Part shown: positions 46,325 to 47,756 of the stretch, one piece after another
Position numbering within the stretch: position 1 is the first letter of the stretch
Layout: each line of letters opens with the position of its first letter
Virus record (IMG/VR): IMGVR_UViG_3300024232_000019
Coordinates: 1 to 47,756 of that record
DNA from: a virus
Taxonomy: Duplodnaviria > Caudoviricetes
Length of the DNA: 47,756 nt
Strand: one strand, 5' to 3'
Program-made: the position numbers and the translations under genes
Notes under the pieces: generated by a model
What the model was told of the DNA's origin: nothing
The model's database searches: none
What the model saw: the letters and a program-made list of their open reading frames with translations, nothing else

Positions 46325-46385
46325 AGATTTCTTTCGTGGGTGAAAGAAACGAAACGGCCTCACCTCGGTGGGGCCGTTTCTCGTT
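46325..46385 (+). ncRNA. Candidate antisense sRNA targeting the CACCCACGAAGGAG boxes
   Basis: TGcTAGGCT at 46310-46318; hairpin UUUCUUUC-GUGGGU-GAAAGAAA; terminator hairpin 46351-46380. Confidence 0.55.
46351..46380. terminator. Probably bidirectional terminator
   Basis: GAAACGGCCTCAC-CTCG-GTGGGGCCGTTTC with U-rich runs on both strands; overlaps the VRR-NUC stop. Confidence 0.7.
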
Positions 46386-46851
46386 CCGGGAGCGCCCCGA
46401 AGATGCGCGTGGCCTGCACCTCGTCGCCGCTGCACGCCTTGAGCAGGCGCCGGTACCGCTCCGGGTCGTCCTCCACGTCCCGGGGCGGGAACACGACCGA
46501 GGGCAGGGCGCCCAGGATCGTGTCGATGCTGCCGTCGAACCACTGGGCTGGCCGCCAGCAGTACCACTCGCCCCCGGCGTCGAGGATCCAGTCCCGCCAC
46601 ATCTTCTGCTCGGCGCTCAGGTACTTGCCCTGCGCCTTCAACTCCACGAACACGATCCGCTCGCGCACCAGGGTGAGGTCGGGGAAGCCCTTCCCGTCCC
46701 CCTGGGTGGCGGTGGCCCAGCCCGAGCCGCGAGCGGTCTGCCCGGGCAGCGGGTGCATCACCTTCCAGCGAAGCTGCTGCGCCCGCTCGATCACGCCCCG
46801 CTGGAGGTCGGCCTCGCTGAGCTTCGCCCCCGGCTCCCGCCTGATCTTCAC
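46360..46851 (-). CDS. VRR-NUC domain nuclease
   Basis: SEADLQ...GFPDL...FVELK...LSAEQKMW. Confidence 0.9.
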   Translation of the reverse strand: MKIRREPGAKLSEADLQRGVIERAQQLRWKVMHPLPGQTARGSGWATATQGDGKGFPDLTLVRERIVFVELKAQGKYLSAEQKMWRDWILDAGGEWYCWRPAQWFDGSIDTILGALPSVVFPPRDVEDDPERYRRLLKACSGDEVQATRIFGALPERETAPPR

Positions 46852-47015
46852 GTCGGCTTCGGCGTGGACGTATTGACGATCAGGGTGGTTTCGAAGTAGA
46901 CGCGACAGCAGACGGTGGAGCAGAAGGCGTCACCCCCGTCGCGGGGAAGCAGCGGCACCTTCTTCCCGCAGACGACGCAGAGGCCGTCGGCGCGGGGCCG
47001 AGGCTCACGCTTCAT
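46848..47015 (-). CDS. YacG-like zinc-finger protein
   Basis: CVVCGK...FCSTVC. Confidence 0.55.
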   Translation of the reverse strand: MKREPRPRADGLCVVCGKKVPLLPRDGGDAFCSTVCCRVYFETTLIVNTSTPKPT

Positions 47016-47340
47016 CGTCATCGAAGCGAACGAACGACTCCGCCTCCTCGTCAAGCAGCATCGCCGCAACCTGCTTGCGCTGGCGGAGGCTGAGCGCCAT
47101 CACCGCATTGATGGAGGCGGTGAGCATGATCTCCTCCCCGAGCGCCTCCATCGCGTAGTGAAGATCCCGGTTTGCGCAGGAGGCGATGACGCGGGTAGAG
47201 CGGTGCTGGTGCATCACCTCGCAGAACGGGTTGTCGCACTGCTTCTCCGGGAAGTGGATGAGGATGAACGAGTCCGCCTCTTTCAGCACGTCGAGGGCAT
47301 GGGCCTGTTGTTGATCATGTTCAGCGGGGAAGGGATGCAC
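47005..47340 (-). CDS. Hypothetical protein
   Basis: GTG start after a CACCCACTGAAAGGAG box variant. Confidence 0.7.
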   Translation of the reverse strand: MHPFPAEHDQQQAHALDVLKEADSFILIHFPEKQCDNPFCEVMHQHRSTRVIASCANRDLHYAMEALGEEIMLTASINAVMALSLRQRKQVAAMLLDEEAESFVRFDDDEA

Positions 47341-47369
47341 GATTCTCCTTTCAGTGGGTGGTCACTTCG

Positions 47370-47546
47370 TCAAGCCTCGACCACTTCGAAATCCTGCGGA
47401 CGATGCTGCTGTCCGATCCAGTTGTAGGCGTCGGAGAGCCAGTGGAAGGTGCGCGGCCCCCGGCGTCTGTCGTCGGGGACGAGTAGGCCGCTGACGACGT
47501 TGCGGATGTGGAACCGCTTACTGGGATTCGAATCCGGAAGGCTCAC
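47370..47546 (-). CDS. Hypothetical 58-aa protein
   Basis: GTGA coupling; MSLPDSNPSKRFHIRN. Confidence 0.6.
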   Translation of the reverse strand: MSLPDSNPSKRFHIRNVVSGLLVPDDRRRGPRTFHWLSDAYNWIGQQHRPQDFEVVEA

Positions 47547-47656
47547 GGCTTCGGACTCCCGCACCAGCAGACGCCATTCACGATGTACCACCAGCAGCGG
47601 CGACACATATGGATCGTTTCCGGCCGCTTTCTGGGATTCGAATCCGACAGCGTCAT
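47543..47656 (-). CDS. 37-aa Cys-rich protein, absent from the allele at the window start
   Basis: MTLSDSNPRKRPETIHMCRRCWWYIVNGVCWCGSPKP; coupled at both ends. Confidence 0.55.
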   Translation of the reverse strand: MTLSDSNPRKRPETIHMCRRCWWYIVNGVCWCGSPKP

Positions 47657-47756
47657 CCCTTCGCCTCCTCCGGGATCTCGGTGCGGTTGACAAGCACGAA
47701 CGCCCCGGCGCGAGCGAGCGCGTGGTAGCGGGTCAGCGCCCCGCCGCCGTCAAGCT

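Overview
This window looks like a complete, circularly permuted, high-GC tailed-phage genome of about 47.6 kb. Bases 47631-47756 repeat bases 17-142. The gene set is podovirus-like (TerL, portal, scaffold, major capsid, adaptor, nozzle, large internal proteins, no tape measure). The host is probably an actinobacterium, inferred from GC content, leaderless TANNNT promoters and an Rpf-like gene. There are three blocks. (1) A leftward replication/recombination operon runs from 5213 to 39 and continues across the join from 47656 to 46360. (2) A leftward accessory operon of about 21 mostly small genes runs from 14344 to 5940. (3) A rightward morphogenesis/lysis arm runs from 14922 to 45643. I see no integrase, DNA polymerase, tRNA or CRISPR array. 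The most striking feature is an apparent RNA-based regulon. Sixteen gene leaders in the accessory operon carry (C)ACCCACGAAGGAG, and 14 of them sit in a conserved stop/hairpin/CUCCAG(G)/hairpin/box/start unit whose stems co-vary. At 46325-46385 there is a candidate ~60-nt small RNA with its own extended -10 and terminator. Its loop GUGGGU and 5' stem are complementary to that box and its Shine-Dalgarno, and the substitution variants of the box still pair through G-U wobbles. All protein calls come from motif recognition by eye, not database searches.
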